DNA of 63,944 bases, the filler included, from Polymyxa betae A26-41 (taxonomy: Eukaryota; Protista; Endomyxa: Phytomyxea): assembly GCA_003693705.1 (NCBI GenBank). It is 9 parts of 9 records of this genome, joined end to end, with 100 filler letters (N's around TTAATTAATTAA, not from the genome) between each part and the next. Parts side by side here need not be neighbours in the genome. Positions count along the whole stretch, not along the records: positions 21,573 to 33,132 come from RBZT01000185.1; positions 33,233 to 44,011 come from RBZT01000239.1; 7 more parts are not named here. One strand, written 5' to 3'. The first letter of the stretch is position 1; each line of letters starts with the position of its first letter. Position numbers and translations under genes: made by a program. The notes beneath the pieces are model-generated. The model had not been told where the DNA came from and searched no databases. It saw only the letters and a program-made list of their open reading frames with translations. Of the stretch, positions 24,205 to 37,130 are shown piece after piece.

Positions 24205-25094
24205 ATGTCCAGTGCCCAGGACAGCCCCGATCATGAATCAGGTTCAGCAGAGGATCCCATTGAGCAGACCTCATCTTACCCGTTGAATGCGATCCTGAAA
24301 GCTGTGCACTACGACCTCATCATAGGGTATCTTACTTCTGGTGACCTCGTTGGGCTCAAGGGCGCTTGCAAAACCTTCTATGAACGTTTCCGGATATTGC
24401 TATATACATATATATGATTGCTAATGAGATAAATACAGATATCAGCCAGATACAGATTCGGGATAAAGTCGCATCTCAACCTCCTGGAGCGTTTGATGGA
24501 CAGATTGCTAATTGGCTTCGATTTCGATACAATCCTGCCGCTCTCACCTACGTCTTCCTTGGTGATGGAGGATTCTATCTCGTCAGACCTCATTGTACGC
24601 TATTACAGCTCTATCAGCGTGTATGCAGGAGTAGCAAGCGTGAGGTTGAGGATCGCGTCTTCATCAGTTTTGGAGAGACACTCGATGATTGGTTCTTCTA
24701 TGATGAATCGAATCCTGTTCTGGTCGAATCAGTTTTTGAGTTAGGTCGCACCATCTATCTGGGAGATAATCACAGCGATATGTTCCCAACTGGCATCGCT
24801 CTTTATGATTGGTCTCAACATACCCAGAGCGGTATTGTCGTCCGGATTGCTCCATCGCCTGTTTGGAACATTCGGAATCCCATAACGAAGATATCCTGGA
24901 TATATGATAGAATTCGCTCTCAGTGTTGGCGCAGAGAAAGAAGTGATCTGCTCAGATCTCTGCTGAATCCAGATATTACTAATGAGGCTGCCGACACTCT
25001 GGACCATTCTGCTATGGAGAGTATTCCTTTAACACCTTCTATCACTCAGTCTGCTCTTCCGGATCAATCGAAAACATGCTGCGCTTTCATGTAG
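24205..25094 (+). CDS. F-box-like protein with C-terminal CCAFM (CaaX) motif
   Basis: LNAILKAVHYDLIIGYLTSGDLVGLKGACKTFY is F-box-like. Intron 24386-24438 (GT...CTAAT...CAG) joins the two ORFs in frame. Ends KTCCAFM*. Confidence 0.65.
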
Positions 25095-27848
25095 ATTTTT
25101 CACACTTTTAATAACTCAATACAGTGCGGGCAGTCTTAAACCGACAACTTGTCTCAATTTTATTTTGAAAAAGAGGCTGCGCCAGAGGCCGCGCCAGATC
25201 GAACGACTCATTTCCGCGATTTATCGGATCTGAGTGATAATCGAATTATGCCTCGGGTATGGCTCCTGAAGATCACGCTTCTCCTTGCCAAGAGCCTCAT
25301 AATACATATGTTGAAATGGCGAATTTTCCCGTTATCATTCGCCACCATATGAAAGTTGGAGCTGGCTCGAGGATCTCGAGCAACAAAGTTTCGTAATTCA
25401 TCAACCAGGCCACGACCACCTATACTACACGATTACAGTGTGCTGAACAGCTCATCCGGGAGAGGGAAATCTACGATTCGTGTCAATGGACTTTTTACGA
25501 AATAATCCTGTCCTCTTCTGGATCTGGTCTGGGGAATATCGTCCCTCTCATGATTTTAGCAGATTATTATGCTGCCTTTGAATCCGATCTGCTTGCGTTT
25601 CTATCCCTACTCTGCGGGTTTTTAACAGGCTTAACTTTTTCCAGAATAAGAATGTGGAATCCGGCAGCAGAATGTCTAACGCGGTCAAGGTTTCGTCACA
25701 GACAGGAAAACGCATTCAGATCGTGTTGAACAAATATTTTCGGCAATCTAAAAAGCTGGATTATATGGCATAGCGTTAGTATTAATTAGGTGTGCTTAAC
25801 ATTCGAACGAAAACGTTTTCAGAAACGCCAATCAGTAGGGATTACTCTCCTGGCATTGTCTGTCTTTGTATTGGTTTCAGATGGGTGAATCCCCAAGAAC
25901 AGATCTAATCCAATTCCGGCTCTGTATCAGGTATCTGGTAATACCGCTTTGGATGCGAATAGCATTATTTGGGATCATGACAAAAGAGGAATATTCGCAT
26001 TCCTGCAATACGAACACGGAAGTCGAATTTAGTATACAGTATGTGATAGAAGCAGGGAGACCAGAATGAGATTAAAACCCTAACAAAGGTTCAACTCTGG
26101 GTCAACCGGTGCCGGCCCTTCAATACAACTACGTTTCTAAGCACTCCTGTGCTGAGGCCTCCGAATTATCAGATGTAGGAGAGCCACTGATTCCGGTCTG
26201 TGACCCGAACGAAGAGCAAAAGGGCGACTTTGACGAAAGGCTGGATAATAGTATAATCCCATCCAATCGAGCCAGAAATTCCAAGTGCATAACCCAAAAC
26301 CCCAATAAAGTTTGAATATCCATAAGTATTTCATTTTCCTTGACCGTAATATCATTGAAATCAGCATTGATCCCTTTACAAGATATATTGGTCTTTGGTA
26401 ATGGAATAAAACGATTTTGATATTGCTGTTTCCAAGTGTTGAGATGACCTGCTTTTGGACGATTATTTAGCCGTGGCTCTTCCCATATTGTGACAAAACA
26501 GACCGAGAAGTTTCGCCACACAATTCCCCATTCTGACAATACTGCAGCTCCAGCTTGTTAATTTTTTTCGCAGTTGTATTAAAGTTCATGAATGCTCTGC
26601 AGTCATATATCTGCCGAAAACAATTCTGAAGTTGATAAGAGCGACTTTTCCACCTACTCTCGTCTCCTTTGACTTCGCATCGCTGCCTTCAAAACGTGTC
26701 AGAAGCTCACGTTAAGCAGCTTGCTCAAAGCAAGGTTTTCTAATCGCGCGCGAACTATTCTGCTAATTTGGGATCTTTAAAAAGTATGCATATGGAATTC
26801 ATCCAAAAAATCAAGAATCCAAAAATCAAACAAGAGCTCGTAATCGCAAACTAGAAGAAATGGCGAAAATGGGATATCCAGAAAATTTTCCAAACGAATT
26901 GTCCTCATACGATTGTAATCAACATTACTTTATCTTACAACGGCCATAACAAAAAAAGTAGAAAGATTCACTATGATGAGCTGGATTCCTTGAGTAATGT
27001 TTGCAAGAGTTGACTTCAGCAATGATTCTGCTGGCTCACCAGCAGCTGGAAAAGAATCCTCTGGAGTGCTAGCGCTCATAGAAGGGGGTAGACGCGCGGG
27101 GTTGAGAAACCGCTCACGATGCATCCGCAAAAGCACAAACATGGAATTCTGTAATTCATGTTATAATGAAATCGAAGAAATCTGCCATATCCTAGATTTT
27201 CAGAAGATTAAAATATTCGAAGTTTAAAATAGAGACGAGGATAGAAATAGGAACGGATCGCATTCAGCGGATATGATGCAGTCTGCTTAATGGAATCCTC
27301 TGCTGAATTTGGAAGCCTCAAGCAAGGTTTGGAACGACCCGACCTCTCGCCGAATCTGATGACGTGGCCTGATCATTGACTCTGAATCCTTCTCGTACAT
27401 TATCGTATTGAAGTTTGCAATCGGCAGGAATATTCTCTCATAATCAACGCAGCATTTTCAATGCCAATCTATAAAATCATCTGCACTTCCAGAATAATTT
27501 TTCCGGGCTGCGAAAGACATGCTATCCAGATTCTTCATTTCCCTTTGGAATTATAACATACTCTTTGTTAGATCTATATGAGATTGATCTCCCATTTTAT
27601 GTATCATGAGCAGACAGAGACGCAAAATCTGCTTCTTGCTTTTTTTTCCTGTAAACATTTCTGGTTTAGCCTAAGAACAGGGTAACAGATACGAGGATTT
27701 TATAAACCAGACGCCAAATTCTTGCAGGTCGGTCTTGAATCGCGGGAGACCTCCATTACGCACTTTTGTTATGCCATAGCTCCTGACAGTCTCCCATCCT
27801 GCCCACACGCAGAATTTGCCATTTCTCAATTCTCATTTCTACAGCGAC

Positions 27849-28663
27849 ATGCCACCGCAACGAGCGCGAGCTAGGCCTCCCCCTGCCGCCCCAGCGCCAG
27901 CCCAATCGCCCGCTCTGGTCGCGGCCGGGGTACCACCTCTCCCTGCCATTCGCGCTGGGACCGCCAACTTGGCCACTATTGCCGACGCCAAAGAGTACTC
28001 TAAACAAGTCAAGAGGCGCCGACTGGACCGAGCGCCGTCTGCCACCCCCGATGACATTGCCGCCGCCTTCGTATGAGCTATTAGAATTATTGGATTTTTG
28101 GCTGTCTTCCTGATGTTTCGCCTTTTCAGGTTTATCAAGTGGAGGCTGCGGTCGACCAGTCGGCCGGGTTGGCTGCCGCCATCGCTGCTGCTGTCAGACC
28201 GGTTGTTCAGCCGGCTGTCCAGGCGGCTGTCCAAGCGGCTTTTCAGCCGATCCAGAATGGCCTCGCCGAATTAGGAGCCCGTCTGGATAACATGCCGTCC
28301 AGAATTCGTAACGGGCGGAATGTAGCTGGTGGGCAGCCGGTCCTACCGCTGGCCAAGGAACGCACCGGGCATCCTGCCGGCCTCGTCCCGGCGGACCAGG
28401 CTCTGGCGGCATTGCCAGTGCCAGTGCCGCTTGGCACGCCTCTTCCAGCGTTGCGGTTTCTGCCGGTCGGCGGCGTGATGCTCAATGCTTTGCATCGTCT
28501 CACGAACAGGCAGATGCAGGACTTGGAATGGTTCTATAATATCAATTTAGGTGAGTGTTCATTGATAACATCAATAGAAAAAATATCTCAAATGTCATGG
28601 AAAGTCCCCCAGGTCCCAGTCGGCGGACGGCGAATGGCGCTGGAGCGGTACTTTGCTTCTTAA
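27849..28663 (+). CDS. Ala/Pro-rich protein, Mug135/DUF1773-like C-terminus
   Basis: In-frame intron 28071-28129. SRIRNG...VLPL...LHRLTNRQMQDLEWFYN resembles the fungal DUF1773 pattern. GC-rich island. Confidence 0.6.
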
Positions 28664-29089
28664 TAAAACCATCTCTCTATCTACCCACCAACTATTTGCA
28701 TCAGTCATGGCTTCTATCGTCGTTAAATAAGCTTTTTTTAATGGCATTGAGAATGGTTGTATGATGATAATTAAAGCATTTCATATTATTTTTGGACCAA
28801 ATTTTAATTTGGCGTAAATATCTCGAAAATTCTGTATCAACTTCATATAATATAAGCGAAAATGAATGCTCTTACATTTGGCTAACCGTATGTAAGGAAT
28901 TTGAAAAAAGCAATCGTTCAGCTCGAAGCTTGAGTTCGGTGGAACAATTGCAACTCATCTAAGCAGTGAATATAGCAAAGCAACGGCATTAGTCAATTTC
29001 AGGAATTTGAATTTAGACCAGGAGGTGGCCTCACGAAGCTGGATCCTGACTTCCGGAAAGTATGAAGCACAGATCGTCATTTGGCTTCG

Positions 29090-29200
29090 AGTCCGAATCT
29101 CTCGATTTCATCTACGAGTTCTTTGTTGATAACGAATTCTATCTCGTCAGATCTCATTGTACATTATTACAGCTCTATCAGCGATTAAGCAGGGTTATCC
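29090..29200 (+). pseudogene. Paralogous fragment of the 24205-25094 gene
   Basis: FFVDNEFYLVRSHCTLLQLYQR versus FLGDGGFYLVRPHCTLLQLYQR. Confidence 0.75.
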
Positions 29201-30632
29201 TGGACATCAGAGAGAATTCGTTATCCGTATTGGTACACAGAAAGGAGTGATTTGCTATTATCTTATCCAATTCCGGCTTCTTATCATGTACTTTGTAACA
29301 TCACTATATGAATGGCAATAGGGCTATAGAAAATTGGAATCTAACAATAAGAAGGATTCTCGCATTCCTCTTGAAAAATATCTCAAATATCTTCAAACAA
29401 AAGATAGTTCAATCTGTGTCCTTATTGTATGCAGCCGCCATCGCTCTGGATCACAGATCACATTATGCACTATTCCGATCCAGATTCGTGTGAATATCGT
29501 TACTGGTCCAATCGCGATCAATGACAATAAGAGCATCTGTTTTCGGATTCTGCGACTAAAGAGGTGATTTGCAATCGTCCGCAAGATTTTCTCACAAGAC
29601 AGTTTTGTTCATTCTTAGGGTTTAGGGTTTATCCATCGTCAGTTTAATCTCTGATAAGAATATGCATATTATTATTCAGATCTAATATTATTATCCAAAT
29701 TTGGATACAGAGAAAATCGTCCGTCTTCAGCATCATGAGAATCTCTGCAGCTTTCTGAATCAAGCAGTGGATAATCCGATATCTTCAGATACTGCAACTA
29801 CCACGATCGCCGATGTCTGATGACCATAATTGAAGCAAATAACATAATTTTAAGGATCGCATTCCGTCCACCATGGCCGAGTTTGAACAACAAAAAATCC
29901 AATTCTGCTACTGAAGATCATCAGATTCATCACCGGAAAAATCAGCCAATGCCAACGTAGAGGTTTCGTCCTCAGCAAGAAATTCAGTCTGAAGAGAAAC
30001 TCGAATTAATGAAGAAGATTCAGAGCGCCTCAGTCAACTCGTCAGCGTTTCCTGCTACGGATTCCATTTGTACAGCTTCGCTTTTGGCCCTGTTCCAGCA
30101 TCGCTCTGCTCCCGAAAATCAGAAGGTCTTTAGTATGTCGAAAGTTTCAAACATTCAAAAATCCAAGAAACCGAGCCAAATTCAGCGCAAAGATTGACTT
30201 TGTTGATAGCTCCAAGAATTTGGCCTCAAAACCTTTCAAACATCCTGAAATGGAGGCCGGCTCTGCTGCCTCTAAACCTAAAAAATGCTCGTTCGCGTCG
30301 CGGCCTCCTGCTGTCATCACATCCTGGGGCCAATTTCGTAACAAAACTGTAACAAACTGGACACTTTTGGATTTGATGAAGAGGAAAATTATCTCCGTTT
30401 TAATCAGCGACAACCGTTTGTAGGGCAAACTTCAAGTACACTCGGGACGCCTTCGAATTGACAATTTCGAGATCAATGGAAGGAGTTCAGCTCCGAGCGA
30501 AATAGGCATGTTGTCGTCACCGCATTTTGAAGATTGAAAGGGAAGTTGACCTGTCAATCCGAAAGATCATGGAAATAATACCAAAGGTGGCAAACAATTC
30601 GGTTTTCATCTTCGATTGAAGAAACAAAAACG

Positions 30633-30680
30633 TTCCGATACGGGGACTCGAACCCCGGTCCTCAATGTGAAAGACTGATA
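30633..30680 (-). pseudogene. 5'-truncated tRNA-Glu (TTC) pseudogene
   Basis: Anticodon arm to 3' end almost identical to 32424-32471; D-arm and 5' acceptor strand missing. Confidence 0.85.
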
Positions 30681-31138
30681 AATATTAACTTTTTTTTTGA
30701 AAAACTTTTATCATTTCGGTTGTTATCCTGTGATTCTCATCGATAGCAGATTCCGCTATTTTAGTACATACAACCACTATCATGAAATTAACAAGTTCTA
30801 AATGGGTGGTCACGCTGATGGCAAAGTTTTCTGAAACTGTTCTTGTTCTCTTCATCCACTTTAACGACCAGGAGTGACAAATTTTTTTATTGTTTGCAAT
30901 GATCATAATATTCCAGCCTGTGCCAAAGCCATACTTTCGGCATTACGATAAGCATGGTTGTGGCGCTGTTTTTACGATATGGAAACCACCAACTGTGACT
31001 TAGGCACTTAACAGGTTGGTTGCGGGCAGTCCGCGGTGCAACCCGCTGCCTGTCCTGCGCACTGGGGGGCGACCCCAAACTAAAGTGCACCACCCCCTTA
31101 ATCTTGCCATACTGCAAACCACAACCACCCGTCTCATC

Positions 31139-31507
31139 ATGTCAAAAGATGGATTCGTGTCTCCTGATGATGCGCCGATTTTTAGCCTCAGCAATCTACC
31201 AAGTTTGTCGGCACTAGCAGGGTTACGCCCAGGAGAGAAATCTGAACAGACCACTGTGATGTTCGGATTGATATGTTCATCTATTGCAAGTTTACGAGAG
31301 AACTCATATATTGGTCTGAACGTGGCAGAGCTCGTCTCTTCGGTCATTTGCATCTTCCTGTTATATATGATCGCCTTTTCTAAAGCCAAGAATCTTTTCA
31401 GCGACAAATGGAAGTTCGCCCAGCAGATTGTTTGCTACGTCTTCTATGTGGCTGCTCTAATCCTCGAGTTCATTCAGAGGAAACAATATCAAACTCGCCT
31501 CAAGTAA
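31139..31507 (+). CDS. Small membrane protein (2-3 TM), paralog of the convergent neighbour
   Basis: ATG at 31139; hydrophobic segments; aligns with 31700-32128. Confidence 0.7.
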   Translation: MSKDGFVSPDDAPIFSLSNLPSLSALAGLRPGEKSEQTTVMFGLICSSIASLRENSYIGLNVAELVSSVICIFLLYMIAFSKAKNLFSDKWKFAQQIVCYVFYVAALILEFIQRKQYQTRLK

Positions 31508-31699
31508 TCATTCACTACTTTACATCATGATAATACATAGCTCCAAAAACTCACAAAACGTCGAACAAAAATAAGACTGGTGGCATTCAGTTTTCAGTTG
31601 TACAATACAAATTCAGCCTCAAGATAGGAAAAAATCTTTCAAAAACTGCAATTTTTGTTTATACAGATGTACTTTTTATGGTGAACTCCACGAGCGCGA

Positions 31700-32128
31700 T
31701 CACCAGAATCTGAAAACTCCCTCGGACACGAAAGCGATTAGAAAGAACAGGTAGCTCACCCATCGTAGTATGGTGCGAGAAGTCTTTGACATGACCGATT
31801 TCGATGACCCAGCAAATATAACAGCAGCAACTATGAGGCTTATAGATGCGGATGTTAACTCGACAATATTCATGGCCAACTTGGGCGATTGTAACAGATC
31901 TGTCGACGACCTGTAGATTAGCGCTGACATTAACGTTGCATGCTTCGAAGCCTCCCCGGGCGCCAGATCCTTCATCAGATCCGACCAACTGCCAGTTATC
32001 GCCTCGATCACGTCGCTGGTCACATCCTCTTGAGGCTGCGGCGGATTCGTGGCAGACGGCGTCGTGCCCTGACTCACATTTTGTAGCAAGGGCGTCGTGA
32101 CGTCATTTGTCGGATTCGAGGTAGCCAT
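31700..32128 (-). CDS. Small membrane protein (2-3 TM)
   Basis: 142-aa intact ORF with C-terminal hydrophobic helices and an N-terminal DVTTPLL dileucine-like motif. Confidence 0.75.
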   Translation of the reverse strand: MATSNPTNDVTTPLLQNVSQGTTPSATNPPQPQEDVTSDVIEAITGSWSDLMKDLAPGEASKHATLMSALIYRSSTDLLQSPKLAMNIVELTSASISLIVAAVIFAGSSKSVMSKTSRTILRWVSYLFFLIAFVSEGVFRFW

Positions 32129-32423
32129 GTGAAATTGTCGATTCTTAACAAGACGATATTGGAAGATTGAAGAGACAGGAAGTTAAGTTCCAGGGAGGCC
32201 GGAGCCGTCATGCAGAGTTGATTAAGTTCCCGGTTTTCTCATCTTTTCGTTTCAACAGTATCAAGCCAAACGTTGGCTTTAGTCATTGGTTGGCTACAGT
32301 GCTGAAATGTCCTTGTTCGGGGAACATTTCTACAAAGTTATAACTTATTCTTTCTTGAACTAGTTTTTCTGTTGGCATCGATCGCTATTGAACCTCGCAG
32401 CGTCCTGCAATTCGAAAAAAAAA

Positions 32424-32495
32424 TTCCGATACGGGGACTCGAACCCCGGTCTTCAATGTGAAAGACTGATATACTAACCCCTGTACTATATCGGA
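32424..32495 (-). tRNA. tRNA-Glu (TTC)
   Basis: 72-nt cloverleaf TCCGATA...TATCGGA-A, anticodon loop CTTTCAC, poly-T terminator. Confidence 0.95.
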
Positions 32496-32502
32496 GGATT
32501 TC

Positions 32503-33132
32503 TGTTTTGACAGCGTAGCTCTCAAATATTGGGCATCCGGATAGTAGTAAAATTGGAAGTGGAAGTGTATTGATAAACGAACCGCCCAACCTAGTGGATC
32601 GGGTCGAGAATAACTCTGAAACTGGGTGTTGATGTCGTACTTATCCTATTACGCCCCTTCGAAATCAAGGTCCATTTCTGCAGTTGATTCGGCCGAAACA
32701 AGTTTGGCTCGGTGTTTCTGGAATAAATGCTTGCCTAATGGCTTAGTCAAGATGTCGGCAGTCATATTCTGCGTTTCGCAATAAACAATCTTGACTTTTC
32801 CGTTGTGAACTTGATCACGCAGAAAATGATAGCGTAAATCAATATGCTTGGTTCGTCGATTCACAGCATTGTTGTTCGCGAGCAAGATAGCGCTTTGATT
32901 ATCTTGATAGATCGCCGCCGGTTTACTTTCGCCGTCCATCAGTTCTTTGTGTAGATTTGAATCCAGATCGCTTCCTTGCTGGCATCACAACAGGCCATAT
33001 ATTCAGATTCGGTGGTTGATAGCGCCACTGATTTTTGCTTGACGGAACGCCATGAGATACCGTTACTGCCCATTAGTGCGATCCAGCCAGTAGTGGACTT
33101 CCGATCGGAGTTGTCGTCGGCGAAACTGCTGT
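32503..33132 (-). mobile_element. Copia 3' end: RNase H, PPT and inferred 3' LTR (32651-32503)
   Basis: DRKSTTGW, SWRSVKQKSVALSTTESEY, DNQSAI, RTKHIDLRYHFLRD, ADILTKPL. PPT GAAGGGGCG, then TAATAGG...AAAACA. Confidence 0.9.
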
Positions 33133-33516
33133 NNNNNNNNNNNNNNNNNNNNNNNNNNNNNNNNNNNNNNNNNNNNTTAATTAATTAANNNNNNNNNNNN
33201 NNNNNNNNNNNNNNNNNNNNNNNNNNNNNNNNGTCTGTCAATGATCCAAACGAAAACACAGAAAGCAGATTTCATTCGGAGCGTCCCGTGTGTAAGATTG
33301 CAGCCCAGAGGCCGCGCCACTATATGAACGACGACTTGAGGCCGCACCCTTGTATTGACGCAATGGACGCCGTTGCTGTCATCATTTGGCAGTTCTGTCA
33401 CACTAGTACTTTATGATTCGAATCTGTTAGACCTTAAACAGACGCGTCCACGAGGCGTCTGATAACAACTATTTCAAGAAGTTTCAACCCAATAAATCAT
33501 TTCATTCAGCAAATCA

Positions 33517-34849
33517 TCACTTGATATCAACATCAAGATTAACACCGTGTCCGACACAGATTCGGCAGATAGTGGACAGGGCGTATCGGCAGATAACTCT
33601 GCCATTAACGACGACACACGCGCTTGCCAGACATACGATTAATGATATTGTGACAGAAGATTGGTCCTCCTGCGTGTTTCCGATATAAGATATATGCTTG
33701 AAACATCCATGATGATTCAGACGAAATCCGCATCTTTTCATTTCTTTCATGGTCCGAAACAAGGCAGTGCGAGGGTGGAGGACGATCGCTGAAATCGACC
33801 ATGAAGATATTTCCTGGGGACAAGATATATGATCCCAATAAAAAGCCGTGGATGATGAAAACTGCCATGCTGGCGTCAAGATCAGACAGCGGGTCGAAAC
33901 AGTGAATACGAAGATGACGCTTTTCATCAGTGCGAGACATGCCAATGACATGCTGGCTCGTGGTGAAGTTCAAGTGGAAGTCCTCGGGTTTCTGTATATC
34001 GGCTGTCCAAGATTTCAGGAGATCGCCATTGGTGGAATCTATCAGCATAACAGAATGATGAGTAGACGATCTCTCCTCATTACGATATATAACGATATAA
34101 TCACCGGAAAAGCAGAATTTGCAATCTTCCGGCGACGTAGAGCTTGGAAACTGCTTGGACCACAGAAGGCGATTCGGGCAAATTCAATCGGCCAAAATGT
34201 GAATGTAGAAAGTATCGGCGGTCTCAACATAGAAGAGAACACGCCCGTTCGAGAAAATGTACCTGTGATGCCCTGACTCTAAATACGGGTCTTCGACAGA
34301 CAACATGGAAGAAGGAAGATGTGGCGGGTTTGCATTAAAGATTCGTTCTGGAGTGGTTATGTGAAAGCGACCAGATAAATAATAACATAGATAGGGACCC
34401 TCGGAAGAGCCTTGGCCGGAACCTAAGATTTCGAAATCGTAACGATCGGTGTCAGGGATAAAGGGGCCCACCATGGTTCTCAGCTGGTTAATGATGTAGA
34501 GCAGAGAATCATCAAAAAGAAAATAACCGCCGATATGACAAAATGGGAAGAATATTCCAGACGAATTGGCCATTACTCCAGCAACGATACGATCATCTGG
34601 AATAACATATTCTTCAACACATGGGGATTCAGCATTCGATAACGGTTGAATATAAACATGTCGGCGAAGTTGTCTATCAAAATCACGATCTTGCTGCTCA
34701 CCGAGGCATGCTCTCACGTATTCTGAACTTCGTAATAGATTGCGGAAGCGGGAATCGACCAGCTGTCCAATCCGGCTCCAGTACGGCCCGAGAAGGCTGA
34801 AGATCTGAAAATGGATGGAATCGGGAAGCTGATCGATCATCTCAGCCAC
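33517..34849 (-). CDS. F-box protein (C-terminal part frameshifted or spliced)
   Basis: IDQLPDSIHFQIFSLL...QLVDSRFRNLL is an F-box consensus. The reading continues through overlapping minus ORFs. Confidence 0.75.
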
Positions 34850-35583
34850 TGGCCTGGAATCATACCTCGGCGGCAGGCGCCGATATCAAATGACGACCCT
34901 TTTAGCACCTTCCACACAAATTGGTTTCGCAAAAGTACGAAGATACGCATCCTTTTTAAAATTGTCCGTAAATTTTATATCGAAATCTGTCATTTATTTC
35001 CGACATCTCACATCTCCATAGAAGCCCGATAATGTTACATTGTACGGATATTGTTCTATGGATTCTCTACAACGACATCAATGACATGGCTGCGATGCCC
35101 ATATCTGTCAGATGAGATTCTTATGGGGCTCTTTGATTCTCTTCTCGATCCTTAACAATACAAACTTGACTTTCTACCATTGCCTTGTCACCCTTAGACT
35201 AGCCAGCTGGGAGTTTTTATTGCGTCTGGCGCTCAGAACCCCCTTTATCACATGGTCACCTACTCCTTTGACAAAGAAAGTCGTTCGGGATAGCAGAGAA
35301 ACAGCTGATTTGCCGAGTATACAATGATAACATTACAGAGAAAAAACTAGAATCGCAGAGCTGGTTTCTGAAAGATTATGTTAGGAAATCGGCCGCTTCT
35401 ATTTCTGGCATTTTGAGAGACCTTAGGAAGTACGAGAATCAAGTGAGCAAACTGATGTTAACGAATGAAGTGCATCGAAAATTTGGTAAGCACTTTTCGG
35501 GATAACCCCAAAGAACTGAGGGAACTTCGTGAACTTTGTACAGCTTTAATTTTGTATCTATTCGAGAATGAACCTTAAAACTA

Positions 35584-35630
35584 AAAACGATTCCAATAAC
35601 TGCTGAAAACGATTCCAATAACTGCTGAAA
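35584..35630 (+). repeat. 22-bp tandem duplication AAAACGATTCCAATAACTGCTG x2
   Basis: Direct repeat read from the sequence. Confidence 0.85.
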
Positions 35631-36699
35631 GTTAACAAATACAGCCCATAGCCCTTACATATCTTTTTAACGACAATGTCGTTATCAATAAAACCGCCAG
35701 TGTCGTTATAGAGAGGGAGGACTGTAGTTACAATATTATTTGTCGAGCATTCTCTCTTCTTAGCATCTCTAAAATATGTGCTGTTGCCACGGAGCCAGGG
35801 ATGCCTTTGGTGAAGGGGGAGTGATTCATGCAATGGAGAGTTTGCTACTTCTAATCGAAAGCTGCAAGCTTAGTAGCTTACAGTGCAGTCAAGGTTCACG
35901 GGGGACTAAGGAACCTGCCGCAATCGATCAGGAACCGACACAGTTCGCTGATTGGAAGCTCTTGAAGAATCACTGACTTTGATACAGCACTCGACAAGAA
36001 AGATTTATGGCCGGCAAACATTCTAACTGCTGCATATGAGCACGGATATTGTATATTCGGAGATTGATGATAAGCTGGGTCACCAGAGGAGGAATCTTGG
36101 AGGAATATAATAGGATACATGGGTTCGAGTCCTTTTGAGCGGGTGTTTATCCTACCTTGTCGGGATTCTTCTAGGTCCTATACCGGAAGGGCCGAGCGAA
36201 GGTACTATTCTCTAACAGGGTGAAATACTGCCAGCTCTGATAAATAAATCAAGCGGCTTGTATTTGTTGGATTGAGAGAGAGCGAACGAAACACACGCTG
36301 TTTGATTTAGAAAATGGAGAGTGAGTGCTTATTCTTGGACGTATCCGGCTGGAATCGCTACTTGAATCGGACGCAGTGGCAGTCTTGCTGAAGTGGCATT
36401 CCTACTGAGGATGAGCGTCCTGGAAGCCTGGATATATGGCCCGGTTTTTATAGGGACATTGCTGACGTAGCTGCCCATGACTGAGGATGAAGTTGCTCAC
36501 GTGTCATGCCGCGGCGGACTTGTGAAAGAAAGCTAGCCTGTGTCAATATTATGGGCACTATATTGACTAAGCTCCGATGAATCGGAAAGCTCGTTATATT
36601 GAAAATGCTCCGATGAACCGGAAGCTCTCCGAGGTCCGAGCTATCTTATCCTCCGACTCTTGCTATATATCTATCTAATATATTCATTCTGCATTCATC

Positions 36700-37130
36700 A
36701 TTGCGATCTTAACATCGAGATCTCAAGTAGCGCTATAAGCCGAAATCCAACAATTCCTCTCCAACAGTATTTCTTCGCCTCATAATAAGATTTGCTTCGA
36801 GTTGAGGTTAGTGCCGTCAAAAGTGCTGATTCGATAAGCATCCATGTATCTAAAGCATTTCCTGGGAAAATTTCTGATGTAAGGTAGCGGCACTTTGAGC
36901 GATTCCTGAATAGTCTGCTGAAGATTCGAACCTGATTTCGGTCTGACCAAAGGTCGTTTCCTGCTCGACGAAAGCATTTTTTGCCAGACGGCGAGGAACA
37001 CATGCCAGGCCAATTTTCTGCATCCTTTAGAAGAAAGAGATTTTCGACAATGCTCGATTTTTGTCTCAGACAAGAGTTTCCACAGCTTATACTTAGCAGC
37101 GTTAAATGGCTCAGTAAGCCGTTCATTCAC
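36700..37130 (-). pseudogene. IS630/Tc1-mariner-type transposase C-terminus, copy 1
   Basis: LQQTIQESLKVPLPYIRNFPRKCFRYMDAYR...LNSKQI matches the fungal/oomycete DDE_3-like RxxxRYMDAY motif. Confidence 0.7.

Noticed and set aside
25100-27700. Fragmentary ORFs here and at 29300-30500, 42100-43500, 56241-57700 and 59300-61060
   Set aside because: No motif I could recognise in any frame. Probably decayed genes or TEs, left unannotated.
36139-36210. Possible HDV-like or hammerhead ribozyme
   Set aside because: A GCGAA after a hairpin is suggestive, but the nested pseudoknot could not be built consistently in both copies and no CUGANGA/GAAA core with stems was found. Kept only as a conserved hairpin.
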